NCBI GenBank assembly: GCA_001029675.1
Contig: CP011210.1
Location: 193 to 64,192, forward strand
Direction of reading: 5' to 3'
Source: Candidatus Beckwithbacteria bacterium GW2011_GWC1_49_16
GTDB lineage: Bacteria > Patescibacteriota > Microgenomatia > UBA1400 > CG1-02-47-37
Length of the DNA stretch: 64,000 bases
How positions within the stretch are numbered: the first letter of the stretch is position 1; each line of letters opens with the position of its first letter. Both the position numbers and the translations under genes were made by a program. The notes below the pieces were generated by a model that worked only from the letters and a program-made list of their open reading frames with translations, ran no database searches and was not told where the DNA came from. Positions 1 through 9,473 of the stretch are shown piece after piece.

Positions 1-591
1 TCCTTGAGGTTTCTTAGAAGGATCAAAGGAGCAATACAAGCCGTTACCACAAAGACTTTCGCAAGTTCCTTCACCTGGGCCTGCGCCTGGCGTTTGGGCA
101 CAGATTTGGGACGAGGGACACTCAATTTGGTCGTTACAGTATCCTCCCGGAGTCGCAACGCGACACTTGTCTGAATTATTGACGCAGGAGTAAATATCTT
201 TATCCCCTTCCTGTTTAACCTGACACTCTTGTCCCGGATTACAACCGGCAGCACTGCCGCACATCCCCTCAGAACCTACAAAGCACTCTCCAGTGGTTTC
301 TCGAGGACAAAACGCGTCACGTATACAGTAATAAATCTGATTAGGAAAGATGATGCTTTTATAACCTTTACATCGATAGCCTGGAAAACAACCGCCAACC
401 GTACCGCATTGACCAATCGTTCCTGTAGTGCCGCATTTAAGATCACTTTTTGCCTCGCTGCCAACCCTTTGAGAATTTTGTGCCTGAATTACCGCTAACC
501 CGAGAACCGCGACCAAAAACCCTAAGCCTAAAAGCGGTTTAAGCTTTTTATTCTTCTTAAAAAATTTCTTTAAGAATTTCACTGGTTTCAT
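1..591 (-). CDS. Cys-rich secreted/membrane-anchored protein (partial, runs off the left edge)
   Basis: Not in the ORF track. Hand translation from ATG 591 is open to base 1: MKPVKFLKKFFKKNKKLKPLLGLGFLVAVLGLAVIQAQ...CGTTGTIGQCGTVGGCFPGYRC...CFVGSEGMCGSAAGCNPGQEC... Confidence 0.85.
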   Translation of the reverse strand, partial: MKPVKFLKKFFKKNKKLKPLLGLGFLVAVLGLAVIQAQNSQRVGSEAKSDLKCGTTGTIGQCGTVGGCFPGYRCKGYKSIIFPNQIYYCIRDAFCPRETTGECFVGSEGMCGSAAGCNPGQECQVKQEGDKDIYSCVNNSDKCRVATPGGYCNDQIECPSSQICAQTPGAGPGEGTCESLCGNGLYCSFDPSKKPQG

Positions 592-622
592 GGTAGGCTT
601 TATGAAGTTGTTTTGTCAAGAG

Positions 623-1321
623 TTATTTACCCAAATTCTGCTGCTGTTTGGCGTACCAGTCGAGCACTTTATCAAGCTGCCCGGCGTCAAAGTCGGGGAA
701 TAAGGTGGCGGTAAAGTAGAGCTGGGCGTAGGCGGCTTGGTAAAGCATGAAGCCGGAAAAGCGCGAGTGGCCGCCGGGGCGGATGAGAAGGTCCGGGTCG
801 GGGAGGTCATGGGTGTCGAGGAAATTAGAGAAATTTTCTTCCGAAAATTTCTCTAGTTCGTAGTTCGTAGTTCGTAGTTCGTTGACAAATTTTTTGATGG
901 CGCGCAAGATTTCATCTCTGCCGCCATAGTTGATGGCAATGGTGACGGTAATTTTCTGATTATCTTTTGATTTTTGACGCCAATCTTCCAAAGATTTTTT
1001 GATGTCAGGTGGGAGCTTGGTAAGATCGCCGATTAAATTGAGCTTGGCACCCTTTTTTTGGTACTTGTCGACGTTTTCGTTAAAAAAACTTCGCAGTAAT
1101 TTGAAGTATCTATCGACCCAAGTTTTACCGCGGCGCCAGTTTTCGGTAGAAAAGACCCAGAAAGTAAGATAGGGAATTTTTAAATCAATGCAGCGGTCGA
1201 CCAAAGACTCCATGGTGACGCGGACAGCGTGTTCGTGGCCGGAAAACTCGGGCAAGTTTTTTAGTTTGGCCCAACGGCGGTTGCCGTCGGCGATGATGGC
1301 GATGTGCCGGGGAAGAGTCAT
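623..1321 (-). CDS. uppS: Undecaprenyl diphosphate synthase (cis-prenyltransferase)
   Basis: HIAIIADGNRRWA, FSTENWRR, NYGGRDEI, PDPDLLIRPGG motifs. Confidence 0.96.
   Translation of the reverse strand: MTLPRHIAIIADGNRRWAKLKNLPEFSGHEHAVRVTMESLVDRCIDLKIPYLTFWVFSTENWRRGKTWVDRYFKLLRSFFNENVDKYQKKGAKLNLIGDLTKLPPDIKKSLEDWRQKSKDNQKITVTIAINYGGRDEILRAIKKFVNELRTTNYELEKFSEENFSNFLDTHDLPDPDLLIRPGGHSRFSGFMLYQAAYAQLYFTATLFPDFDAGQLDKVLDWYAKQQQNLGK
854..881. repeat. Heptamer tandem repeat (TAGTTCG)x4 inside uppS
   Basis: Four perfect copies; reads CGAACTA on the coding strand and encodes NELRTTNYEL. Confidence 0.9.
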
Positions 1322-1323
1322 AG

Positions 1324-1659
1324 CTAAAAGATGTTGATGGCCAGGGTGGCCTCAAGCAGCTGGATGATCCAGTAAGAAGCAAAGATGACCAAGAAGCCAA
1401 CTAAGGCATTGACCAGCATACCCTGGCCTTTTTTGATTTTTTCCGGATTGCCGGCAGAGGTAAAAATGGTAAAGCCGCCGGCGACGATCATCCCCAGAAG
1501 AATAATGCCGGCGATGACAAAAACAAAAGGAATAACCAGGTTAATGATTTCTGCTGGGGTGGGTTTGTTGCCAAAATTCCAGCCGGAGCCGAAGATGCTC
1601 GAGTCGCCTTCGTCTATTTGGCCGATTCCTCCGGGGAATTGTAGAGCTAGTTTGGTCAT
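1324..1659 (-). CDS. TrbC/VirB2-like (T4SS-type) pilin
   Basis: Likely start MTKLALQ at 1659 (ATGA overlap with the upstream stop); TM-SAGNPEKIKKGQ-TM pattern. Confidence 0.8.
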   Translation of the reverse strand: MTKLALQFPGGIGQIDEGDSSIFGSGWNFGNKPTPAEIINLVIPFVFVIAGIILLGMIVAGGFTIFTSAGNPEKIKKGQGMLVNALVGFLVIFASYWIIQLLEATLAINIF

Positions 1660-2276
1660 TTGATAAACTCTGGTATTTGGAGGACGTCGACACCGATAAA
1701 GCGGAGAAGAAAAATTGAAAAAACAATGATCAGTAAACCGGAAAGGGCCGAGCCGATGATTTGTTTGCCGTCGTTGATTTTTTCCGGGTTGCCGGCGGCC
1801 AGGATGATGGTAATGCCGCCCCAGAGAGATAGGATGAAGGCAATGCCGCCGCCGGCCAAGATACCCCAGTATAAGAACCACTTGACCAAAGCGGCCGGGT
1901 CGTCTGTCGGGATACAACCTAGAGCGGTGGAAACGCCGTCACCTCCACCGGCCGCAGGACAAGGAGGAGGGGCGGTGCTGGTGCCGGGGGTAGTGCCTCC
2001 GCCGCCGGGAGAGGGGCTCGAGGCAGAACGACAGCCCCAATCACTGGGGTTGGTAATATCTCCCCCGATAAACTGGCAGGAGAAGCCCGAAGAGCAGCCA
2101 CCAGGGCAAGCGCCGCTAGGAGCGGGGGCGGTACACCACGAACATGTATCGCAAAGACCAATGGTACAATCACCAGACATACAGGTTGGAGAACAGGCTG
2201 CAAAAGCCTGCTTGGCAAAAAATAACGGGACAATTAACACCAAGCTACCTAAAAGCAGAGTTAGCAACTTTCTCAT
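1656..2276 (-). CDS. VirB2-like pilin with signal peptide and Cys/Gly/Pro-rich N-terminal domain
   Basis: Signal peptide ending AFA, Cys-rich segment, TALGCIPT, TM-AAGNPEKINDGK-TM. Confidence 0.8.
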   Translation of the reverse strand: MRKLLTLLLGSLVLIVPLFFAKQAFAACSPTCMSGDCTIGLCDTCSWCTAPAPSGACPGGCSSGFSCQFIGGDITNPSDWGCRSASSPSPGGGGTTPGTSTAPPPCPAAGGGDGVSTALGCIPTDDPAALVKWFLYWGILAGGGIAFILSLWGGITIILAAGNPEKINDGKQIIGSALSGLLIIVFSIFLLRFIGVDVLQIPEFIK

Positions 2277-2323
2277 TACCTCAAGTTTAGCATAAGAAAG
2301 ACGATTGTTGATACAATAGAGAG

Positions 2324-4045
2324 GTGATGGGTAAATCGATAGTTAAAACCATAGTTAAAACGATAGCTTTGGTGGCAGTGTTGGCAGTAGTGGTAGTGGG
2401 GGTAAGGGCGATTGACCCGATTGACGATTTACAGCAGCAGATTAATCAGTTGTCAAGGGCGCGGGAGCAAAGCATTGCCGCTACCAAACCCTTGGAGGGC
2501 GAGCTGGCCCGGTTGACAGAGCAGCTAAACAGTATCAGGGCCGGGATCGAGCAGGCCAAGGGGCAGTTACGGGGCCTTGAGGCCAGCATTGCCGCGCGGG
2601 AAGCAGATTTTGCGGTCCAGTACGCCTTACTCTCCGAGCGGGTGGTGTCTTTTTACAAGGCCAGCCGGGCGCCGTCGGGACTGGTGCTTTTGTTGACCGG
2701 CGGGACGTCGTCAAACTTGATTTCGGACCTATTTTACCGGCAAACGGTGACTGACCAGGACAAACAGATTATCGCCCAGATTACGGCGGATTTGTTGCAG
2801 CTGGAAAAAGACAAACAAAAAGTCGAGGCGGATAGAGTCAGGTTGGCGGATTTACAGGCAAAGCTTGATAAAGAGGCGGAGTTTTTTGAGGGGGAGATTG
2901 CCGGGGCCAAGTCTTATCAGGCAAAATTGTCGCAACAGATCGCCTCACTGACGGCGCAGCAGCAGCAGATTATTGCCGCCAAACTGGGCAGTCTCAATTT
3001 GCCCCAGTCTTTGGGGGCGGGGCCTTTGTATTGTACCGACGACCGAAAACTTGACCCTGGGTTTGGCAGCGCCTTTGCTTTTTATACTTATGGTATTCCC
3101 CACAGGGTGGGGATGAACCAGTACGGGGCTTATGGCCGGTCCAAGGTAGGGCAGGATTACAGAGCGATTTTGAACGCCTACTTTAACAGTATTAGTTTTG
3201 AGGCAGGCAAGGAAAATATTCAGATTCAGGTTCAGGGGCAGGGGTCGATGCCGTTGGACGAATATTTACTGGGGATTTACGAGATGCCGGAAAGTTGGCC
3301 CTTGGAGGCGTTGAAGGCCCAGGCGGTGGCGGCCAGAAGCTATGCTTTGGCTTATACCGACAACGGCGCCAAAGAGATTTGCACCACCCAAGCGTGCCAG
3401 GTGTGGAAGCCGGAGAAGAAAACGGGTGCTTGGAAAACGGCGGTGGAGGCGACGCGGGGAGAGATTATGGTGAGCGGCGGCCAGACGGTGACGGGTTGGT
3501 ATTCTTCGACCGACGGCGGTTACACCTTTTACAACAGCGACGTTTGGGGCGGGAGCCAGCGGCCGTGGACCAAAAGAATGAGGGACACTTCGGGCGACGT
3601 CGGCGGTTTTGGCGATCTTAATGAGCGGGCTTACGACAAAGAGTCTCCGTGTTTTTATGCGGCGCAAGGTTGGAGAAATGAATACGGCAAGTCGGCCTGG
3701 CTTAAGGGTGAGGAGGTGGCCGACATTGCCAACGTGATTTTGCTGGCGAGAGCCGATTCGTCGGTACGAGCCCATCTTTATCAGGTAGACAAACCTAACC
3801 CCGAAGGCACCGATACCTGGGACGCGGCTCGCGTCAGGCAAGAGTTGTCCAGTCGAGGGGTAACGCCTTTAAGCGGAGGAGCGGGCAGTGTAGCGATCGG
3901 AGCCGATTTTGGCGAAGGCAGAACCACCCAGGTGACGGTCGACGGGGTGGCTTTTACCGGATCGGAGTTTAAAGACTGGTTTAACCTTAGGGCGCCGGCG
4001 AACATCCAGATTGTCGGGCCGCTGTATAACGTTGAAAGGAGATAA
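2324..4045 (+). CDS. SpoIID/LytB-domain peptidoglycan lytic protein with N-terminal coiled coil
   Basis: Signal/TM, long coiled coil, H-x-VGMNQYGA, EMPESWPLEALKAQAVAARSYA, ICTTQACQV, YSSTDGG. Confidence 0.88.
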   Translation: MMGKSIVKTIVKTIALVAVLAVVVVGVRAIDPIDDLQQQINQLSRAREQSIAATKPLEGELARLTEQLNSIRAGIEQAKGQLRGLEASIAAREADFAVQYALLSERVVSFYKASRAPSGLVLLLTGGTSSNLISDLFYRQTVTDQDKQIIAQITADLLQLEKDKQKVEADRVRLADLQAKLDKEAEFFEGEIAGAKSYQAKLSQQIASLTAQQQQIIAAKLGSLNLPQSLGAGPLYCTDDRKLDPGFGSAFAFYTYGIPHRVGMNQYGAYGRSKVGQDYRAILNAYFNSISFEAGKENIQIQVQGQGSMPLDEYLLGIYEMPESWPLEALKAQAVAARSYALAYTDNGAKEICTTQACQVWKPEKKTGAWKTAVEATRGEIMVSGGQTVTGWYSSTDGGYTFYNSDVWGGSQRPWTKRMRDTSGDVGGFGDLNERAYDKESPCFYAAQGWRNEYGKSAWLKGEEVADIANVILLARADSSVRAHLYQVDKPNPEGTDTWDAARVRQELSSRGVTPLSGGAGSVAIGADFGEGRTTQVTVDGVAFTGSEFKDWFNLRAPANIQIVGPLYNVERR

Positions 4046-4797
4046 TGGTAGACATCTTTGTGTCGGGAAAAAAGAAAGTCACCAGCAAGGTTGAACCCTC
4101 CTTCGCTGCAGCTCAGGTAAATAGCGCCAAAGGCGCTTCCCAGAAAGGGTTCAACCTTAAAAAGCCAGTGGAGCAAAAGCCAGGCTTGGGGGCAAAGTAC
4201 GTGACGGTGGAGGAGAGGCTCAAAGGGGAGAGGAGTAAACACCAGGCTCTAAGCGCTTTTTGCATTTTGCCCAGGGGGGTTAAGTTTGAAACCCAGGAAG
4301 TTAAAGAAAAGATTATTTTGCTTTTGCGCCAGCATTGGTTTACCCAGGTCGGTTGGCTGTTGACGGCACTAGCGATGGTGTTTTTGCCGGCTGCGTTGAG
4401 GGTAGTGCCGGTCATCGATTTTTTGCCGGCAAATTTCCAGTTTATGGCCATTGTTATCTGGTATCTGATCGTGATTGCTTTTGTCTATGAGAAGTTTATT
4501 TCCTGGTATTTCCATGTGTTTATCGTTACCGACGAGCGGGTGATCGACATTGATTTTTATAACTTACTTTACAAAGAGGTGAGTGAGGCCAAGATCGACA
4601 ACATCGAGGATGTGACTTACACCCAAGGCGGGGTGGCCAGAGCCGTGTTTGACTTTGGCGATGTGGCGATGCAGACGGCGGGGGAGAAGCGTGAGTTTAC
4701 CATCGAGAGCGTGCCCCAGCCTAACCGGGTGGTAAAGATTTTGAATGAATTAAAGCTCGAAGAAGAGCACGAGAAAATTATGGGGAGGGCGAGATGA
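4045..4797 (+). CDS. Bacterial PH-domain membrane protein
   Basis: LRQHW, two TMs, FIVTDERVIDIDF...IEDVT...FDFGDV.MQTAG. Confidence 0.8.
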   Translation: MVDIFVSGKKKVTSKVEPSFAAAQVNSAKGASQKGFNLKKPVEQKPGLGAKYVTVEERLKGERSKHQALSAFCILPRGVKFETQEVKEKIILLLRQHWFTQVGWLLTALAMVFLPAALRVVPVIDFLPANFQFMAIVIWYLIVIAFVYEKFISWYFHVFIVTDERVIDIDFYNLLYKEVSEAKIDNIEDVTYTQGGVARAVFDFGDVAMQTAGEKREFTIESVPQPNRVVKILNELKLEEEHEKIMGRAR

Positions 4798-5048
4798 CGC
4801 CTTTTGACAAATTCATCGAGTTTATTACCCGGCAGGGAATGATTGAGTTGGAGGCGGTCATACTGGGCAAGGCGGCGGTGATCCTGTTGCTGCTACTTTA
4901 CCTGGCCTTTTCTTTGGTGGTGGTGCGGCAGGTGAATTTGATGAACAAAACCATTAACGGTTTAATGGAAAAGAGGCTTTTGGTGGCGGCCAAAGCCTTG
5001 GTGGGGCTGGCAATGGTAGTATTAATCTTAGGACTAATAGTGTTATGA
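4794..5048 (+). CDS. Small two-TM membrane protein (DUF5657-like)
   Basis: YLAFSLVVVRQVNLMNKTI between two TMs; overlaps neighbours in an operon. Confidence 0.7.
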   Translation: MTPFDKFIEFITRQGMIELEAVILGKAAVILLLLLYLAFSLVVVRQVNLMNKTINGLMEKRLLVAAKALVGLAMVVLILGLIVL

Positions 5049-6964
5049 AATTTAACGTGGCCAAAATTGTCGGGACGGTGAACCAAACCACTTGGTCGCA
5101 GGTGCACGTGTTTTTGCCGGAAGGGGAGAAACTTTCTAGCCATGGTCAGTTGATCGCGGCTTTGAGTTTTGCGGCCAAAAAGGAGATCGAGATTGCCTCA
5201 TTCGGTAAAGAGATAATTGTCAGACTCCAGGAGATTTATTATTCCAACGAGGCGGAAAGCAGGCTTAAAAAAGTATCCCAGAGTATGGAGAGTTTGGCGG
5301 CCGAGTTTTACAACGAGGTGGAGCTTAATATGGCGCTGGCGGTAATCGTGCCATTGGGGGAGAAAAAGCTGGTTTATGCCGGAAGAAGAGGCGGCGGGCA
5401 GGTGTATCTTAAAAGGGACGAGGCGGTGGTGGGGTTGTTGGCCGCCGAGGAAAACCAGCAGGTGGTTTCGGGCGAACTTAAGGCTTTCGACAAGCTGGTG
5501 GTGGGGACTAGTCAGTTTTTCAAGATTGTGCCGGAGAGCCATTTGGAGATGGCTTTAAAAGAGGATCGGGCCGAGGCGGCGGTGGAGAGTCTCGGGGCGC
5601 TGGTTCACGGCAGAGAGGAAAACAGCCAGGCAGCGGCAGCGGTGGTGATGCCCATTCGACAAGGCTTCGGCGGTGAGCTCAGCCCAACCGCTCAGGGTAA
5701 AGGGGTTGAGCCTGCCGACGTAAAAAGTCTATCAGCGGTGTCAAGGTTGACGGCGCTGGCGAGTTCGGCGGGGCAGAGATTTAGGGGATTAATTAAGCAA
5801 GCCGTGGAGAGAGTCAGTAAAAGAGGTGGGGCGGAAGTGTTTGTGAGACCGGGGGCGAGCCGGGGCAAAAAGTCGACGGCAACGGTGATGATCGTTTTGG
5901 TGGTGATTTTTGGCTTGAGCCTGGTGTTAGCGGGCAGGAAGCGCCAAGTTAGAGTCAGAGAGGAAAAATATCAAGCAGTGGTGGAGGAGGTAAGTTACAA
6001 GGTGGATGAAGGGGAAGGACTTTTGGAGCTTAATCCGCTTCGGGCCCGGTCGCTTTTAAGCGAAGCCCAGGGTTTGATTGACAACTACAAATCCGAGAAC
6101 GAGGGGGAGGTGAGCGGGGAGCTTTCCGATCTTGAAAAGAGGCTTGGCGATTTGTTGGCCCAGGCGCAAAGAGAGTACGCGGTAGAGTCGGCTGACGAGT
6201 GGTTTGATTTTGGTTTGGTCAAGGAAGGGTTTAAGGCGACGGCTTGGGCGAGCGACGAGGGCAAGGTGTTGATCTGGGGAGAAGGAGAGAGGACGGTGGT
6301 GGAGCTTGATTTGACCAGTAAGTCGAGCGAAATTGTGGCCGGGGGAGACGAGGTGGGGTCGGGGAACTTAATCGCTTTGACCGGAGAGCGGGGGATGGTG
6401 GTAGGGAAGGATAAAATGGTGGTGGTTGATGTCAGCGGCGGTGAGGTGGCGGCCGAGGTGGCGGCAGACGGCTGGGGCAGGATCGTGAGCGCGGTCGGCT
6501 TTGGGGGGAACCTGTATCTTCTTGACGCGGTTGATGGGGGGCAGATTTGGAAGTATTTTGGGGTGGAGGCTGGCCTGTCTGATAAGCGAGAGTATTTGGC
6601 CGGCGAAGCTTATGATTTAAGCGCGGCAGTGGCGATGGCGATCGACGCTTCTATCTATGTGTTGTTTGACGACGGGACGATTGTTAAATACACCAGAGGG
6701 GCTAAGGACGCTTTTGCGGTCACCGGGCTTAATGAACCGTTTGGCGAGCCGGTGGGTATTTTTACCGCCAGCGACCAGGACAATATCTACGTTTTGGACA
6801 GAGCCAAAACCAGAGTGGTGGTGGTAGACAAAAGCGGCGAGTACCAGGCCGAGTACCGCTGGCCGGGGATTGCCGGAGTGAAAGATTTGGTGGTGAACGA
6901 GGAGTTAGGCAAGATCTTTTTGTTGGCGGATGAAAAGGTGTTTACGCTTGATTTGAATAAATGA
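5045..6964 (+). CDS. Membrane protein: degenerate PP2C-like N-domain, TM, C-terminal NHL-like beta-propeller
   Basis: Central TM; C-terminal repeats GNLYLLD, AIDASIYVL, NIYVLDRAKTRVVVVDKSG. Confidence 0.7.
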   Translation: MKFNVAKIVGTVNQTTWSQVHVFLPEGEKLSSHGQLIAALSFAAKKEIEIASFGKEIIVRLQEIYYSNEAESRLKKVSQSMESLAAEFYNEVELNMALAVIVPLGEKKLVYAGRRGGGQVYLKRDEAVVGLLAAEENQQVVSGELKAFDKLVVGTSQFFKIVPESHLEMALKEDRAEAAVESLGALVHGREENSQAAAAVVMPIRQGFGGELSPTAQGKGVEPADVKSLSAVSRLTALASSAGQRFRGLIKQAVERVSKRGGAEVFVRPGASRGKKSTATVMIVLVVIFGLSLVLAGRKRQVRVREEKYQAVVEEVSYKVDEGEGLLELNPLRARSLLSEAQGLIDNYKSENEGEVSGELSDLEKRLGDLLAQAQREYAVESADEWFDFGLVKEGFKATAWASDEGKVLIWGEGERTVVELDLTSKSSEIVAGGDEVGSGNLIALTGERGMVVGKDKMVVVDVSGGEVAAEVAADGWGRIVSAVGFGGNLYLLDAVDGGQIWKYFGVEAGLSDKREYLAGEAYDLSAAVAMAIDASIYVLFDDGTIVKYTRGAKDAFAVTGLNEPFGEPVGIFTASDQDNIYVLDRAKTRVVVVDKSGEYQAEYRWPGIAGVKDLVVNEELGKIFLLADEKVFTLDLNK

Positions 6965-7407
6965 AAGTTATCAACAGAAAAGCCAGGTTTAATTACGAGC
7001 TTTCCGAACGGGTGGAGGCGGGAGTGGTGCTTTCTGGGGCGGAAGTGAAAAGCGCCAAACAGGGCAAAGTGAGCCTTAATGAGAGTTTTGCCCGGGTGGA
7101 TGATAAGGGGGAGTTGTGGCTTCATAACGCCCACATTCATCCTTACCAGTTTGCCGACAACAGAAACTATGAGCCAACCAGGTCCAGAAAGCTTTTGTTA
7201 AAGAAAAAAGAGATTTTGAGTTTGGCCAAGAAGATTGAGGGGAAGAGTTTGGCTTTGGTGCCGACGGCGATGTATGTTAAAAAAGGCAGAATCAAGGTGG
7301 AGGTAGCTATTGGCCGGGGTAAGAAAAAGTGGGACAAACGCGAGGCGATTAAAAAGCGCGAGCAGCGCCGGGAGTTGGCGCGCACGATCAGAGGAAAAGT
7401 GGTATAA
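6961..7407 (+). CDS. smpB: SsrA-binding protein
   Basis: NRKARFNY, EAGVVLSGAEVKS, RSRKLLL, GRGKKKWDKREAIK; directly upstream of tmRNA. Confidence 0.98.
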   Translation: MKVINRKARFNYELSERVEAGVVLSGAEVKSAKQGKVSLNESFARVDDKGELWLHNAHIHPYQFADNRNYEPTRSRKLLLKKKEILSLAKKIEGKSLALVPTAMYVKKGRIKVEVAIGRGKKKWDKREAIKKREQRRELARTIRGKVV

Positions 7408-7418
7408 TATTGACTCTC

Positions 7419-7791
7419 GGGGATGATTTGATTCGACGAGATTGGCTCTTTGACACCTGCAAGCAGACTTTGGTCAGTAGTCTTAAAACATCGACCAAAA
7501 AACAGCTGTCAACACAATTGCCAGCAAAGTAAAGACTTTCATTGCGGAAGCATTTGAAGTTTTTACTCCTTCTCGCTTAGCTTTGGCTGTAGCGTAAGGC
7601 ATTCTGGCCCACTTTGTTTGCGGAGTCGGGTCAGGGTGTAAACAAACACAAACCGTAAGCTAGCAGTTGACTCGGGCTAGCCCAAATTAAGAGTCAAACT
7701 TTTCTCCCACGAAGCCTCGGCGGAGTGGGATAAGCTTGTAGACGGTTAAAAGACTTTTTCTCGGACGAGGGCTCATTACCCTCCATCTCCA
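7419..7791 (+). ncRNA. ssrA: tmRNA
   Basis: 5' GGGGATG...GATTCGAC pairs with 3' CATCTCC-A; T arm GAGGG/CCCTC; internal tag ORF ending LALAVA-TAA (7595-7597); TATAAT just upstream; follows smpB. Confidence 0.93.
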
Positions 7792-7808
7792 CCCCGTTTT
7801 ATAATAAA

Positions 7809-7829
7809 ACACCTGCCACTGGCAGGTGT
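7809..7829 (+). terminator. Perfect inverted repeat after tmRNA (putative terminator or operator)
   Basis: ACACCTGCCA-C-TGGCAGGTGT followed by ATTATTTT. Confidence 0.5.
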
Positions 7830-7837
7830 ATTATTTT

Positions 7838-9454
7838 ATGTCTAGTGAGAGAATTAAAGTAGGTAAAAATGAGTTGGGGCCTGGGGGAAGATTTTACTGC
7901 GAAAGCGTATCTTTTGATAGAGGTGGAGAGACTAGACAGGTAGTTGGAGGGATAGTTGAGGACGTCAGGGGCGGAGGGTTTTATGGACGAACGTTGTTAC
8001 TGCCTAATGCGGTGGTAAAAACGGCAGAGCCGGACAGTTGGCATTTATTTTGGAGAAACCTTAATTGGGGTTTAAAACCTTTTCCTTCTCAAAGTAGTGA
8101 GTTAGCGGCTCAATTAGATCATTTAGCCACCAAAATTATTCATAGAATTGTCCCAGTGGCCACTGACGGAGAGGTGGTTACACCAGACTCATTAGGTTAC
8201 GCCGATTTGGGCAGGTTGGGTTACGGCCAAGTATTAGAGAGAATGAGGGGGAGAGGGGTGAGGTTTGATGTCGCAAACGGGGAAAACGTTAAATTTGCCA
8301 GAACAAGAAGGACTGTTTGGAATTTATCATCGGTTTTGGGTATAGAACACGGGTCTCAAGTTCACCCTGATAACCCTTTTGGTAAGCAAAATATGTGGAT
8401 TAATGAAGGGGGACAGATGATTTGGCTTGATGTTTTGCCGGCAATAAAGCACACGGGATTTGTATTGCCGGCTTTTTACTTCCGGTTTCATAATGATGTT
8501 AAGCGGAACATAATGAGTGAAGAGAAGACGTTTAATAAGTTAAACACGAGTCGCCTCAGAGACTTTGTGGACGGTCGTTTGGATCAAATTGCCGGAGATG
8601 ATAAACGGGAGTTGACTTTTTACTTAGATAGTTATGATGGGGTTTCAGAGAAGTTTAAGCAGGAAATGAAGAGAGGGGCTAGAGACTTAGTGATAGAAGA
8701 CGCCTATAAAAGAGGAATAGTTTCGCAAAGCGAAGCACTAAGTTTAAATGAGTCTAATTTTGCTTACTATACATTTTTGGCCGAAAGGATTGTTAGCCCG
8801 GCCGCTAGAGCGTTTTGGGAGGCGGTGGAGATAAGCGATGAGTTTAAGAGAGATGTGAGAAGATTTTTAATCGACCCAAGCTTTAGAAAGGAAAAGATAG
8901 TGGAACATACGACTCTGGCAGGGCTGAAAAGAGCCTTTGATTTGGGTTTAGTTGATGGGCCAGATTGGCAGGAAGCAAAGGAGTTGCTTGTAGAGCCCTT
9001 AATGTCTGGAGTAGAGAAGAGGCGGTTGGCGGCTACTTATTTTGGAATGCAGCTTTGGTATACAGCTTATGGCTGGGCTAATAACCTTGTGGCCTGGTCC
9101 ACCATAGGAAGTACGCCTTTTTCCGAAAATCCTGGAGCGCGATTAGCCCTAGGGTTGTTTTTTGAGCTAGCCCTACCGAGCATTGTAAGGGGGGTTTCGA
9201 CAAGGTTAGTTAATGCCTTAACTGAGGATGATTTAAGCACAATGGTTAAAGTAGCAGTTTTGCCTAAGCTGGGAGGATATTTAGCAGTGCCGGCAGATTT
9301 GGCAAAACGTTACGGCGACAGGTCAGAACAAATTTGGCATTATACGAAGAGGGGTTTGGTGGCTTCTTTTTCTAAAGTACTGCAGCCATGGGGAGGGTGG
9401 AATAGCGATTTAGAGGAAAGGCTTTGGGGAGTTTTAAAAGGTGACAGGTGGTAG
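7838..9454 (+). CDS. Hypothetical protein; possible atypical kinase-like N-domain and hydrophobic C-terminus
   Basis: Long ORF, more AT-rich than flanks; GGGFYG...VVK, HPD...N, WLD motifs. Confidence 0.7.
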   Translation: MSSERIKVGKNELGPGGRFYCESVSFDRGGETRQVVGGIVEDVRGGGFYGRTLLLPNAVVKTAEPDSWHLFWRNLNWGLKPFPSQSSELAAQLDHLATKIIHRIVPVATDGEVVTPDSLGYADLGRLGYGQVLERMRGRGVRFDVANGENVKFARTRRTVWNLSSVLGIEHGSQVHPDNPFGKQNMWINEGGQMIWLDVLPAIKHTGFVLPAFYFRFHNDVKRNIMSEEKTFNKLNTSRLRDFVDGRLDQIAGDDKRELTFYLDSYDGVSEKFKQEMKRGARDLVIEDAYKRGIVSQSEALSLNESNFAYYTFLAERIVSPAARAFWEAVEISDEFKRDVRRFLIDPSFRKEKIVEHTTLAGLKRAFDLGLVDGPDWQEAKELLVEPLMSGVEKRRLAATYFGMQLWYTAYGWANNLVAWSTIGSTPFSENPGARLALGLFFELALPSIVRGVSTRLVNALTEDDLSTMVKVAVLPKLGGYLAVPADLAKRYGDRSEQIWHYTKRGLVASFSKVLQPWGGWNSDLEERLWGVLKGDRW

Positions 9455-9473
9455 TTGGTTATAATTTAATTTG

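Noticed and set aside
229-498. Track ORFs 229-498(+) and 276-464(-)
   Set aside because: Shadows of the real minus-strand Cys-rich CDS at 1-591
1660-1917. N-terminal extension of track ORF 1324-1917
   Set aside because: Overlaps the upstream pilin out of frame; the real start is ATG 1659
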